Made by a program: the position numbers and the translations under genes. The notes under the pieces were generated by a model. That model was not told where the DNA came from. It searched no databases and saw nothing but the letters and a program-made list of their open reading frames with translations. Shown here in pieces: positions 38,233 to 48,440 of a stretch of 64,000 nt of DNA. The DNA comes from Planctomycetota bacterium (GTDB lineage Bacteria; Planctomycetota; B15-G4): NCBI GenBank assembly GCA_965248575.1, contig CBDFJQ010000002.1, positions 5,184,001-5,248,000 of the forward strand. Reading direction: 5' to 3'. Position 1 is the stretch's first letter, and each line of letters starts with the position of its first letter.

Positions 38233-39828
38233 GTGTCAGGAATCAGGCTCGTGTGGGACATGGTCTGTGTCCGATGCGCGACCTATGCTCCGTTCACTCT
38301 TCGGCAAGAGAGGGCCTTAGCCTCGGGACATCTCGGAAACCTCGGTAAGCACTCTTCAGTGCTCCTGATCGGCACTCTGCTGTCGCGTGGTGTGGGGATG
38401 ATTCTCATCCCGCTCTACACGTCCGTGTTGCCGAAGGAGGCCTTGGGTTATTGGGAGGCCCTGCTGCTGGCGGCGACCCTCGTCAGCCTGGTGTCGGCGC
38501 ACGGGATCACGGCGGCGCTCATGTGGACCCTCAAGACCGGGGGCAAGCTGCATGACGGGGAGCCGCCCGAGGAAGAACGCGGGCGCATCATCTCTGCGGC
38601 CATTGGCTGGGCCATGGCCTCGGCGATTCTCATTTGCGGTACGGGCATGGCCTTCGCGTCCCAATTGGCTCAGGCCACCACGGAGCGCGCGGACCACAAC
38701 GTCATCATGGTCTTGTTGCTCGGCGCCCAGGCACTGCGGGTGGTGACCTACCCCGCCGAGGGCGTGCTGAAGCTGCGCTTTCAGAGCGTGCCGATCGTGT
38801 TCATGAACTTCGGCGAGTTTTTCGTGCAGGTGATCGGCACCTATCTCGCCTTGAAGGTCTTCGGGATGGGCTTGGAGGGAATGGCCTGGGCGGCCTTCGC
38901 CGCGGCGGCGCTGCGCGTGGGTCTCGCCTGGAAGTTCCTGCCTGAGTTGCGCAGCGCGACCCTGTCGCCACGACTCATGGGACCCATGGTGCGCTATGGC
39001 TTGCCGCTCATGCCGGGGGCCATCGCCGCCATCGTGCTGTCCCTGAGCGACCGTAGGTTCCTCATCGCGCATGGCATGACGGCGGCCAACGGGCTCTATG
39101 CCTACGGCGACAAGTGGGCGCGCATCGTGGAGTTTGCGCTCGTCCTGCCCCTGGCCAGCATGTGGCCTGCCGTCTTCTTCAACATCGCCAAGGAGACCAA
39201 CGCCAGGCAGCAGTTCGCGCGCATCGCGACCCTGTTCTGTGGGGTTGCGGGTTGCATGGGCTTCGCCATCACCATGATGGGCCCCACCTTGACGCGGCTT
39301 TTTGACACGAGCGCCAACGACGAGTTCGCTGGAGCGGCGGGCCCCATCGGCGTCCTCACCGTGGGCTACGCGCTCTTCGGCCTGAACGAGGTGGCCCGGG
39401 TCGGGTTCCAGATCACGGGCCGCACCCAGCGCACGGCATTGTCCATGGTCCTGGCGGCGGTGCTCAACTTGGGCTTGAATGCCCTGCTCATTCCAGAATA
39501 CGGAGCCATGGGGGCTGCCTGGGCCACCATGGCCTCCTATGGCGCTGCCGTGGTGTTCTCGCTCTGGCTGTCCCGTTCCATCTATCCCCAACGATGGGAG
39601 TACGGGCGACTGGCGCATGTCCTCCTGGTGTTTGTGGGCGGCGCTTGGGCCGTGAATCTCTGGGGGCCATCGGACGACAGCCTGGCAGGGTTCTGGACCC
39701 GCGTGGGGGCCTCCCTGCTGGCGCCTCTGTTGCTGCTGGGGACGGGCTTTCTGACACGGGCGGAGATCACCCAGCTGCGCGGCATCCTGACCGAACGGCT
39801 GGCGCGTTGGCGCCCCCGCTCCAGCTGA
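38233..39828 (+). CDS. Second Wzx-like oligosaccharide flippase (start uncertain, possibly 38260)
   Basis: LIPLYT..L, YGLPL, SDR.FL, GLY..G.K, LIPEYGAMGAAWA; about 14 TMs. Confidence 0.85.
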   Translation: MSGIRLVWDMVCVRCATYAPFTLRQERALASGHLGNLGKHSSVLLIGTLLSRGVGMILIPLYTSVLPKEALGYWEALLLAATLVSLVSAHGITAALMWTLKTGGKLHDGEPPEEERGRIISAAIGWAMASAILICGTGMAFASQLAQATTERADHNVIMVLLLGAQALRVVTYPAEGVLKLRFQSVPIVFMNFGEFFVQVIGTYLALKVFGMGLEGMAWAAFAAAALRVGLAWKFLPELRSATLSPRLMGPMVRYGLPLMPGAIAAIVLSLSDRRFLIAHGMTAANGLYAYGDKWARIVEFALVLPLASMWPAVFFNIAKETNARQQFARIATLFCGVAGCMGFAITMMGPTLTRLFDTSANDEFAGAAGPIGVLTVGYALFGLNEVARVGFQITGRTQRTALSMVLAAVLNLGLNALLIPEYGAMGAAWATMASYGAAVVFSLWLSRSIYPQRWEYGRLAHVLLVFVGGAWAVNLWGPSDDSLAGFWTRVGASLLAPLLLLGTGFLTRAEITQLRGILTERLARWRPRSS

Positions 39829-39928
39829 GCGATCGCGTTCGCGAAGGAGCGCGCCACCGCACCAAAAGGGGGGCGTATGGGTTGCTGCCGTAGGTTGCCT
39901 ATGATGCGCGGCTACTCGGGAGCTGCTC

Positions 39929-40882
39929 ATGCCGATTCTTCGTCGCGCCTTGCCTTTGATGTTGCTGCTCGGACTGGCGGCGTGCATTGCGCCGCGCTTG
40001 GATCAGCCTGGCAAGCTGCGCCTGCCCCAGGTCCCGCTGGACCCGTGGTTGTCGTGGATCTACGACTACGACCGCTCTGAGGACGGCAGCTCTTTGGAGT
40101 GGTCAGCGCTGCTTTGGAGCATCGGTCACTCCCGGGAGAACGAGACGACGTCGACGCGGGTGTTCCCCTTCTGGTGGAGTACCAAGGACCCACCCTACGG
40201 TACGTCGACGCTCTTGTTTCCCCTGTACTACGACAGGACGACGCCCGCCCAACAGACGCGCTTCTACTCCCTGCTCTATGGCTACCAGGACTCAGAGCAC
40301 GCACGAACGGATTGGATCCTGCCGCCCATCTTCAACTGGCGTCGCAGCAAGTCGGCCGATGTCTGGGGCTCCTCGACGCTCCTGATCTACGACTGGCAGC
40401 ACAAGCTGGGCAGGACGGACGTCTCGATCCTGCCGTTGCTGGGCTTGGCGCACCTCTTCCAAGGCGAGTTCGGCCTGCCGCCTGAGGGCGAGTTCGTGGG
40501 AGCGCTGGGCAGGAGCGCGAGCCGTCGTTTCGAGCTGCTCAACATCCTCGGCATCGTGTCGCTCTTCGGTTACGACGATGTGGGAGATCGGCGGGAGCTG
40601 CGCTTGGCGACCTTGTTCAGCAACGAGATGTTGTCGCCGATCCGATCCTGGCGCGGCCGAGGTGACGACCCCTTCGTGCGGGAGTGGTTGTTCCCGCTCT
40701 ACATGAACGTCCAGGACGAGGAAGACGGCTGGATGTACGTTGGACCGTTGTGGGGCACGCGCGAGAACCGTGTGGAGGATGTCGAGATCCAGTGGTGGTT
40801 GCTGGGGCTCGTGTCCCGGCGAGAGTCCCCCGCAGGAGTCAGTTGGAGCCTCGCCGGCCTCACCGTCAGCGGACCTGAGTAG
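39929..40882 (+). CDS. Lipoprotein with aromatic FP(L/F)xx repeats, likely beta-rich envelope protein
   Basis: Lipobox LAAC; repeats VFPFWW, LFPLYY, ILPPIF, LFPLYM, VGPLWG. Confidence 0.65.
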   Translation: MPILRRALPLMLLLGLAACIAPRLDQPGKLRLPQVPLDPWLSWIYDYDRSEDGSSLEWSALLWSIGHSRENETTSTRVFPFWWSTKDPPYGTSTLLFPLYYDRTTPAQQTRFYSLLYGYQDSEHARTDWILPPIFNWRRSKSADVWGSSTLLIYDWQHKLGRTDVSILPLLGLAHLFQGEFGLPPEGEFVGALGRSASRRFELLNILGIVSLFGYDDVGDRRELRLATLFSNEMLSPIRSWRGRGDDPFVREWLFPLYMNVQDEEDGWMYVGPLWGTRENRVEDVEIQWWLLGLVSRRESPAGVSWSLAGLTVSGPE

Positions 40883-40936
40883 GTCCATCCCTGGCGACAT
40901 CGGAGAGCCCTTGGAGGCCCCGGGGAAGCTCGCTGA

Positions 40937-43543
40937 CTAGGAGTCCGCTTCGAGTCGGGCGAGTTCTCGTTCCGCCCCTTCGTGGCCCGGTATCAGGGCC
41001 AGGACGGCGTGGTACAGCGAGATGGCCTCGGGCCGATCGCCGGACGATTCCATCATCTCTGCGAGGGCGACGCGCAAGCGGGTCGAACGGAAGTCCCGTT
41101 CCAAAGCCTCCCGAAGCCAGGCTTCTGCTTCCTCGGGCCGATCGTCGGTCAGCAGCCGCTCCATACGCTTGAGGACGAGCCCTTCCAGATAGGGCCAGTC
41201 CGGGGCGGATCGAAAGGCCTCGAGCAGGAAGTCTTCGTCGCTCTCGGTCTGGGCCCCGAGTGTCAGGCTTTCGAAGGGCTGTGCCAGGAAGCCCTGCCGC
41301 ACCAGGGAGAACTTGGCGGCCTGGAAGAGCGTGCTCCAGGATTCATGGATGGCACGCGACTGGGCCACGGCGATGCCCTCCAGGTGCTCGGGGACGCGCG
41401 TCCATTGCATGGGGTTGGCACGGTTCTCCGTGAACAACTCGCTTGTTGCCAGGAGCGTTTCGGGGTTTGCCAGTCGTCGACGACCACCGCGCGCACCCAA
41501 GGTCGCTCGTTCATCCCGGAGTGCGAGTGCGTGCGGTGCCATCAGGTCGACCACTCCCGGCGCAGGCCCGATCAGGCAGGCCACGAGCAGCGGGTCCAAG
41601 CCCACCCTCTCCATCTCCCGCTTGAGATGCCGACTGCTCCCGATGAGTTCGCCGATGACCTGTGGTCGCACGGTGATCTCGCGTCGCGCACCCAGGATCC
41701 CGATCAGGGGGCGCCGGGATTGGGGGTGATCCAAGACCAGCGTCGTGGAGGCGAAAACGGCGTTGGCGGACGCGAGCGCTGCGCGGAAGTCGTCGGGATG
41801 AACGAATGCAGGGTCCCACCACTGGCACATCATGCCGTCGGCGGTGAGCACGGCTTGCACCGCTGCATAGAACTCGACCGTGCTGGTCAGGCCCATCCGC
41901 CGACGCACCCGTGGGTCCGGCATCAACGCCACCACTTCGTAGGGTGAGAACTCGCCGAGCTCCAGGGCGTGCCGTTGAGAGGCGAGGAACATGCGCTCGC
42001 TGCCAAGCGGGCGACGCCGCCCTGGGGGTTCGGGTGTCAGCGCCCGCACTCCGGGGATGGACAGGGGTCTGAGCCAATCCAGCTGTTCGGGCCCGTGCTC
42101 CAGCGCCGCCCCTTCCGATTCGCCGCTGTCGGTCGCCACGACCAGGACATGCGCCGGGTTGCCTTGGAGCACGAGGGGGACGTGGACCAGGCGGTGCTCC
42201 TGGAGCGGATGTCGGGCCAGGGAAGCGACCCCATCGATGGAGATGCGGTTGCGACCGTCGACCGGGTCGCGAAGCCAACCGGCCTCGCCGTCCGCCATGA
42301 ACTCACGGAGTTCCACCGGCCAGGCCAGGGTTTCCCTGGGGATGTTCTCGAGCAGGGCCAGGCGCACGTCGTGTGTCCCCGCCGGGTAGGGCACCCAGCA
42401 GACACCCAGCGCCAGGACGACGCTCAGTGCGGCGCGCATGGGGCGCACGCGGGAGACCAGCGCGACGATCAGCAGGCCGATCCCCAGGGCGGCGAATGTC
42501 CAAGTCGCCCCCAGTCGGGGAAGTGCGAGCCAACCCACGAGGGGCGTGGCGAGCAGCATCAGGGCGGGCACCAGGCTCATGGGCACGCCCTTGCCACGCT
42601 GGCCCAGCAGGGCTCCCATCCACAACCCCAGAGGGACCGCGAACCAAGCCAGGCGGGTCAGCGACAGCTCCAGCCCCAGAGTAGGAAGCATGCGCGCTTC
42701 GGCGGGGCTGGTCAGGGCCCACGCTGCAGCCAGGGGGACGAGCCCGTCCATGACATGGGTCTTGAGCATGCCGGACAGCGACGAGCCCACGACTGCGGCC
42801 AGGCACATGGCAGATGCAAGCCACGCCACGTCGTTGCTACCGAGGTCTATGTGAACCCGGGAGAGCTGGTCGCCGAGCGCCGCCATGGCTCCCAGCAACA
42901 CGAGGCAGGCGGCATGGCCACGGGGGAGTCGTGCTGCGGAACACGTCCACGGCGCCCTCCTGAGCAGTGAGATGCCGGTCGCTGCGGACAGAACGAGGGC
43001 GGCGGACAGGAGGTCCCGTCGGCCCAGCCACTCCTCGGCCAGGATGGGTGTGAGCGCGAGGGCGGCGCTGGCGCCAAGCAAGGTGAGGGAGATGTCGCGG
43101 CGCCCCCCTGCTCCGAAGGCGAGACCCAGCAAGGCGCCCAGGGGCAGTGCCACGGCCGCCGACGCAGCGCCGACATGGGCCACGATCATGAGCGCATAGG
43201 GGAGCTGGCTTTCGCCGCGGGCCAAGCTGCTCACGAGCGCATGGTGCAGCGGGTCGAGCAGCATCAGGCACGCGCCGCCGCCCACCAACAGGCTTCCGCC
43301 CACCAGCAGGATGAGCGTCCCGTCCACGCGTCGGGTTCTCCAGGTACTCGCCCACCAACCCGCGGCTAGTAGGAGCGCCACGGTGGCCAGGCCCACGGCT
43401 CGCGGAGGCGTTCGGTCGAGCTCCGGAAGCAGGACGGCATCCGGCAGGATCGCCAGGGCCCAGGCTGCGCAGGCACCAAGCAAGGCGAGCGCAAAGCCCG
43501 GGGGATTCGGCGCAGTCTCGGCGGGCTCGGATGCTTCCTTCAC
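40937..43543 (-). CDS. Polytopic membrane protein fused to a degenerate spermidine-synthase-like domain and C-terminal TPR
   Basis: About 13 TMs; ISIDG, LVHVP, VLVVATDSG, TVEFY...L..DG..CQW; terminal TPR-like helices. Confidence 0.7.
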   Translation of the reverse strand: MKEASEPAETAPNPPGFALALLGACAAWALAILPDAVLLPELDRTPPRAVGLATVALLLAAGWWASTWRTRRVDGTLILLVGGSLLVGGGACLMLLDPLHHALVSSLARGESQLPYALMIVAHVGAASAAVALPLGALLGLAFGAGGRRDISLTLLGASAALALTPILAEEWLGRRDLLSAALVLSAATGISLLRRAPWTCSAARLPRGHAACLVLLGAMAALGDQLSRVHIDLGSNDVAWLASAMCLAAVVGSSLSGMLKTHVMDGLVPLAAAWALTSPAEARMLPTLGLELSLTRLAWFAVPLGLWMGALLGQRGKGVPMSLVPALMLLATPLVGWLALPRLGATWTFAALGIGLLIVALVSRVRPMRAALSVVLALGVCWVPYPAGTHDVRLALLENIPRETLAWPVELREFMADGEAGWLRDPVDGRNRISIDGVASLARHPLQEHRLVHVPLVLQGNPAHVLVVATDSGESEGAALEHGPEQLDWLRPLSIPGVRALTPEPPGRRRPLGSERMFLASQRHALELGEFSPYEVVALMPDPRVRRRMGLTSTVEFYAAVQAVLTADGMMCQWWDPAFVHPDDFRAALASANAVFASTTLVLDHPQSRRPLIGILGARREITVRPQVIGELIGSSRHLKREMERVGLDPLLVACLIGPAPGVVDLMAPHALALRDERATLGARGGRRRLANPETLLATSELFTENRANPMQWTRVPEHLEGIAVAQSRAIHESWSTLFQAAKFSLVRQGFLAQPFESLTLGAQTESDEDFLLEAFRSAPDWPYLEGLVLKRMERLLTDDRPEEAEAWLREALERDFRSTRLRVALAEMMESSGDRPEAISLYHAVLALIPGHEGAERELARLEADS

Positions 43544-43551
43544 AGGCTGGG

Positions 43552-44232
43552 TCAGGACTCCGCAGGCGGTTTGGCATCGCGGTGGACTACCGCCTTCACG
43601 CCCAGGATATCGGCGATGCGGTCATCGATGGCACCAATACGTGCGACGTGGTCGAGGACGATGGGATGCCGCTCGTGCGGCGTCGTCAGGATGATCGAAC
43701 CCGTGCCGAGCAGCAGGCGTTCGAGCAGGTCGGGAATGGTCTTGTCCCAGCGCATGTCTTCGGTGCTGTAGCGCTTCATCTTCGGGAAGATGCCGTAGCG
43801 GTGGACCACTTCGTTGGGGCGGAACTCCCAATAGTCGAAGCGCGTGTTGAGCCAGACGAAGAAGAAGACCCCGAGGAAGCCGCTCGCCATCATGCGATAG
43901 AAGGTCTTGTTCATGACCGGGCTGAGTTCGGTGAACCAATGGCTCACGGAACCGAGCACGCCGAGGTAGAGCAGCCCGAGCATCAAGGCCAGGCTCCCCA
44001 GTACCAGGATCAGCGATCGGTCCTCGTTGAAGTCGAAGGAGATGACCAGCGTGTTGAAGAAGAAGACGCCCATCCAGATCAGGCCCATGGTGGAGCCGGG
44101 TTCGCCGGGCCACAGGCCGAAGAGGATGGACACCAACCCGCTCAGGTAGAAGAACACCACTTTGGGCAAGGGCCGCACGACGACCCGGTATTGGCCAGTC
44201 ACCTCGGTGGCATCGGGAATGGGTTGGCTCAT
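43552..44232 (-). CDS. Membrane protein with bacterial PH-like C-terminal domain
   Basis: Four TMs then EVVHRYGIF...LLERLLLGTGSIIL; GGAG before ATG 44232 (alternative start 44295). Confidence 0.6.
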   Translation of the reverse strand: MSQPIPDATEVTGQYRVVVRPLPKVVFFYLSGLVSILFGLWPGEPGSTMGLIWMGVFFFNTLVISFDFNEDRSLILVLGSLALMLGLLYLGVLGSVSHWFTELSPVMNKTFYRMMASGFLGVFFFVWLNTRFDYWEFRPNEVVHRYGIFPKMKRYSTEDMRWDKTIPDLLERLLLGTGSIILTTPHERHPIVLDHVARIGAIDDRIADILGVKAVVHRDAKPPAES

Positions 44233-44339
44233 GGCGGCTGCTCCGTCGGTCGGTTCATTCTGCGAATCTGGGCAGCTGATTGGTTCTGGCATCATTCAGA
44301 TTTCTGCGCTCAGCGGCCCGCACAGCCCATGCTCAGGGC

Positions 44340-45929
44340 TCAAGCATCCACGGCACCGCAGAGAATGGCGGCCTGGCGACGCAATTCGGGTGGGACGCTG
44401 ACGCCGGTGAACACCTCCGCTTGCCTCCGGGCTTGCAAGCCGAAGAAGAACTCGCCCTTCAGAAGGGGGACACCTGCGTCCATCGCAGCGGCACGGAAGG
44501 GCGAGTGGGACGAACCATAGGTCAGGTCCAGGGCTATTGCGCCTTGCCGGAAGTTGCCTGGGCCAAAGTCGTCCAGCTCGACGGTGTCCGCACCAGGCAT
44601 GCCCACCGGTGTGGCGTTGACGATGATGTCGGCCGGCACATGGGACGGTTCGGGGACGGCGACCGCGGGGATGGAGTCCGCCAGCTTGGCTGCGAGGTCC
44701 CGGGCATGACTGAGGCGTCGTGACCACACGGCGAGCTCGACGTCCTCTTCGAACAAGGCCGCGGCCAAGGCGCGGGCTGCGCCGCCTGAACCCAACAAGA
44801 GCACCTTGGGAACCGGGTCATCGGGCAGGCGCTTGGTCCGGGAGCCACCGGCGGTGCGCCAGCAACTCGCCATGAGGTCATTGACCCACTCCCGAGGAGA
44901 GGCCTGGGCACGGCGGCCCTTGAGCCAGGCGTCGAGCAGCTTTGGAAGCAGGTCGTTGGCAGCCTTCCAGTCGGTGTTGCGCGTCTGCCAACCGGCGGGG
45001 GTGCGCACCAGGGTGTTGCCGGCCGCCGTCCCACGCGCCCCGGGGAGCACGGAGTGTGCCAGCTCCACGGCGTCCTGCTTGAACGGGTGCGTGACGGCCA
45101 TCCCGTCCAGGCGCAGGACCTCAGCCAGCTTCATGAGTGGTGCGAGCTGTTCCAGGTCCATGGGCACCAGGCGCGCGCTCTGGGCCACGCCCCTGAACAC
45201 GGTGTTGTGGTACGTGGGGGACATGCTGTGCGACACGGGCCGACCGACGACGGCATAGAAGCGCGTGTCGGGGGGCAGGCTCGAGACGTTGTGCACGTGG
45301 TGCAGGCGATCGACTGAGGGCTGGTTGGGGTGGCCGGGTGCGTCCGCATGCGCCGCGCCGTATGTCAGGGGGCTGCCGCGAGCCGCAGCCATGACCCGGC
45401 CTGCCTCGGCCAATCGACCTGTGGGAACGATGGCCAAGGCCTCGCCATACTCCGCTTGGATGTCGAGCAAGGCGCTGAGTTGCTTGGGGTTCTCAGCCGG
45501 CACAGCCAGCTTCGCGAAGTCCGTGCTGTGAGCCACCAGTCGACCTGCCAGGGCTTCCAGGCGGGGGACGAAGCGCGAGAGATGGCAGCTGGCGATGCGC
45601 TTGCCCGGCAGACCCGAGGGCAGTTGATCGAGGCAATTGTCTTCGATGTCGATGAGGTCGGCGCCTGCTTCCGCGGCGGCCACCAGCAGCGCGATGCGAT
45701 CGGTCTCCTCGCCCTCGAACAAGCCGCCTTGCTGGGGCGCGCGACAGGTGGCGATCACCGGAGCCGTGCGAGGCAGGGCCATGACGTCCTGGACCGCCTT
45801 CGGAGAGGGTTTCTTCAGGGCATCAAAGCGCAACTCCACGTAGTCCACGCCGTCCATCGGGTGATGCAGCAGTTCAGCCGCCGAATGGACGTCTGTCACC
45901 AGGACGGTGGCGACGAGGCGTGTGCTCAT
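44340..45929 (-). CDS. aroDE: Bifunctional type I 3-dehydroquinate dehydratase / shikimate dehydrogenase
   Basis: VELRFD, IATCR...GG, ASCH, AKLAV; then HSMSP, VTHPFK, NTL, NTD, LGSGGAAR, VNATPVGM, DLTY, QA. Confidence 0.9.
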   Translation of the reverse strand: MSTRLVATVLVTDVHSAAELLHHPMDGVDYVELRFDALKKPSPKAVQDVMALPRTAPVIATCRAPQQGGLFEGEETDRIALLVAAAEAGADLIDIEDNCLDQLPSGLPGKRIASCHLSRFVPRLEALAGRLVAHSTDFAKLAVPAENPKQLSALLDIQAEYGEALAIVPTGRLAEAGRVMAAARGSPLTYGAAHADAPGHPNQPSVDRLHHVHNVSSLPPDTRFYAVVGRPVSHSMSPTYHNTVFRGVAQSARLVPMDLEQLAPLMKLAEVLRLDGMAVTHPFKQDAVELAHSVLPGARGTAAGNTLVRTPAGWQTRNTDWKAANDLLPKLLDAWLKGRRAQASPREWVNDLMASCWRTAGGSRTKRLPDDPVPKVLLLGSGGAARALAAALFEEDVELAVWSRRLSHARDLAAKLADSIPAVAVPEPSHVPADIIVNATPVGMPGADTVELDDFGPGNFRQGAIALDLTYGSSHSPFRAAAMDAGVPLLKGEFFFGLQARRQAEVFTGVSVPPELRRQAAILCGAVDA

Positions 45930-46912
45930 GGAGTGTCTCCGTGCAGGGTGGCGGCGATCCTGGCTGCCAGTCGTGGGTCGAGGTTCCGCTCGCGGCTGGC
46001 CAGCGCCAGGGCTCGTTGGGCAAGAGAGCGGTAGGCGGCGTCGACGTCGGCCGAACAGTCCTTCGTTGCGCGCATGTGTTGTTCCACGACTTCGGCATCT
46101 CCTCGCACGACGGGGCCCGTCAACGCCTGGCCGGGGGAGTGCTGAGCCAGGTTTTCCACGGTACCGGACAGAAGCGGAAGGAGAGCAGCCCGTCCTTGCT
46201 CCCGGTCGAGTCCGGCGGCTTCCAGGAGATCCAACGCCTGGTCAACCAGTGCCACCAAGTGGTTGCAGGCGTGGGCAGCCGCTGCGTGCCAGGCGACACG
46301 CCCTCCGGCCTTGAGCGGGAAGGCCGTCGCGCCAGTGCGTTGGGTCCAGTCCTGCGTCAGGGCCCGCGCCGCGGGGTCGCCGTCCAAGGCACAGACCACG
46401 CCGTGGAGCGGGCCAGTGGCCGGAGACTCGGATGGCGAAGAGCCCCCCTCGTCGCGGTGGGCCGTTGCGGACTCGGGCGGGGCCACGAAACTCTTCAAGG
46501 GATGCAGGCTGCCGATGGCCAGGCCACGGTCTTGGAGGGGGCTGAGAACCTCCAAGGGCGCTGCTCCTGAGAGGTGCACAACCACGGAGCCTGGGGGCCA
46601 GCTCGCCTCAGCCAACTGGCGCGCGGTGCTCTCGATGGCACGGTCGGGCACGGCAATCAGCAGGGCGCAGGGGCTGCGGGTGGCCGGATCCATCTGGTCG
46701 TCCCGGGACGGCTGGGCCTGTCGCTCTGCCTGGTGCGCGGCTGCGGGGAGCTGATCCAGGCTGCAGGGGGTTCCTGCGCCGATCTGGGCGCAGCGCAGGT
46801 TGGCGCGCTCGAGGGTGCGGCAGGCCACGGCCCCCAACTCCAAGCCAGCGAGGCGCAGGGCCCGGCCGACAGCGCTTCCAGCAGCGCCAGCACCCGCGAT
46901 ATGGACGATCAT
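45926..46912 (-). CDS. Rossmann-like + DUF2520 protein (PanG-type ketopantoate reductase candidate)
   Basis: GAGAAG, IAVPD, HLSGA, HPL.SF, HAAA..ACN, LTGPVVRGD; in pan gene cluster. Confidence 0.82.
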   Translation of the reverse strand: MIVHIAGAGAAGSAVGRALRLAGLELGAVACRTLERANLRCAQIGAGTPCSLDQLPAAAHQAERQAQPSRDDQMDPATRSPCALLIAVPDRAIESTARQLAEASWPPGSVVVHLSGAAPLEVLSPLQDRGLAIGSLHPLKSFVAPPESATAHRDEGGSSPSESPATGPLHGVVCALDGDPAARALTQDWTQRTGATAFPLKAGGRVAWHAAAAHACNHLVALVDQALDLLEAAGLDREQGRAALLPLLSGTVENLAQHSPGQALTGPVVRGDAEVVEQHMRATKDCSADVDAAYRSLAQRALALASRERNLDPRLAARIAATLHGDTP

Positions 46913-46922
46913 GCGCCGCAGT

Positions 46923-47417
46923 CTACTCGGCGGAGAGGGCGTCGCTCTCGCTCTCTGCCGTCGGTCGTTTGGCGGGGCGAGGGGGCCGCGCGGCCAAGAA
47001 CTCGATCACATCATCCAGGTCAGGCGCGACGTAGCCCGGCTCCAGGGCCCGCTCCTGCTCCTGGCGGTAGGCCTGGATGACCGATTGCTCAACCGATGTC
47101 CGGCACTTCTGGTTGATGGGGTGTGCGATATCGACATACAGCCGTGGCCGACCACGTCCATCTTCGACGGCCTTCAGGTGGTCCACCTTCTCGCCGCAAC
47201 CGTTGCAGAAGCTCGCCCGCAGGTGGTTCTTCTCACGGCAACGCGGGCAACGCCCGGTGACCTTGCGGCTGGGCATGGCGACAAACGGACCCTTCGGCCC
47301 TTCAATGACTTTCACGTCGCGAACCACGAACGCGTCATCGAGCGTGACGGTGCAAAACGCCAACAGACGCTCTTGGGCGTCATCAGCGAGCTTGACCCGG
47401 ATCTCGGTGATCTCCAC
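46923..47417 (-). CDS. spoVG: SpoVG-family nucleic-acid-binding protein with Zn-ribbon insertion
   Basis: ITEIRV...F.VRD.KVIEG..G.FVAMPSRK, CPRC...CNGC, DIAHPIN. Confidence 0.9.
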   Translation of the reverse strand: MEITEIRVKLADDAQERLLAFCTVTLDDAFVVRDVKVIEGPKGPFVAMPSRKVTGRCPRCREKNHLRASFCNGCGEKVDHLKAVEDGRGRPRLYVDIAHPINQKCRTSVEQSVIQAYRQEQERALEPGYVAPDLDDVIEFLAARPPRPAKRPTAESESDALSAE

Positions 47418-47495
47418 TGCGGCGTCTCCGTCGATTCAGGTCATGTTCCTCAAACACAACCTGCGACGGATGATCCATCTTCGATTCGCTGATCG

Positions 47496-48440
47496 TTAGC
47501 GCTTTCTCGAACGATGTCTCACAAAACGCATGGACGTTCGTCGACATGCCAATGCGTCCGACGGTGGTTCCGAACCGTACAGGAACAACGTCGACCCACT
47601 TCCGGAGAGATGCACGCCGGGCAGCGCGAGAAGATCAACCAACTCTGATCTGATGTGCTGGCTCGGCGCTTCCAAGTCGTTGCGGTAGAGCGCGTCGAGG
47701 TCGGCGGGGGTGGCGTCCGCCAAGCGCTCCTGCCACGCGTCGATCAGGGCGCTTCGCCGACGGCTGTCGTCTGCCTCCAGGAGTGGAGCAGCGGAGAGTG
47801 CGCCGTAGACGGACGGGGTCGGCACCGGGAAACCCGGGAAGCCCAGGAACACGTCGAAGGGGGCAGGCTCGGCCAAGGGCTGGACGAGTTCTCCGCGCCC
47901 CAGGCACAGGGCGGTGCCGCCCACCAGGAAGAAGGGCACATCGCTGCCCAGGGCTGCCGCCAGGGGCTGCAATGCGGGGCGCTGCCCCTCGGCTCCCAGC
48001 TGTTGGCCCATGAGTTGGTCCAGGCCGAGCAGTACGCTCGCCGCATCGCTGGAGCCGCCGCCCAGGCCGGCCCCGGCAGGGATCTTTTTCTCCAGCTTCA
48101 GATCGATGCCGACGGCATCCACCAGCCCTGCTGCGTGCAGCCAACGGTCCGCAGCCTGCACGGCGATGTTGTGCTCGTCGCCGGGCACGACCGCCGAGGT
48201 GGGGCTGGGTCCGTCGGCATCCGGCTGATCGAGGGCCTGGAGCTCAAAACGGATGTCGGCAGAGCTGGGCCGAAGCTGCTTGTCGCGAGGCCGGATGGAG
48301 AGCTCGATCTGATCGGCGAGATCGAGGGTCTGAAGAACCGTCGTCAGCTCGTGGAAACCGTCTTTCCTGCGCCCCACCACCTCGAGGTAGAGATTGATCT
48401 TGGCCGGGGCTTCGAGACGCAGGCGACGGGCCTCGGTCAT
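47496..48440 (-). CDS. ispE: 4-diphosphocytidyl-2-C-methyl-D-erythritol kinase
   Basis: PAKINL, IPAGAGLGGGSSDAA, GSDVPFF, GRGE, SGSGS. Confidence 0.95.
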   Translation of the reverse strand: MTEARRLRLEAPAKINLYLEVVGRRKDGFHELTTVLQTLDLADQIELSIRPRDKQLRPSSADIRFELQALDQPDADGPSPTSAVVPGDEHNIAVQAADRWLHAAGLVDAVGIDLKLEKKIPAGAGLGGGSSDAASVLLGLDQLMGQQLGAEGQRPALQPLAAALGSDVPFFLVGGTALCLGRGELVQPLAEPAPFDVFLGFPGFPVPTPSVYGALSAAPLLEADDSRRRSALIDAWQERLADATPADLDALYRNDLEAPSQHIRSELVDLLALPGVHLSGSGSTLFLYGSEPPSDALACRRTSMRFVRHRSRKR

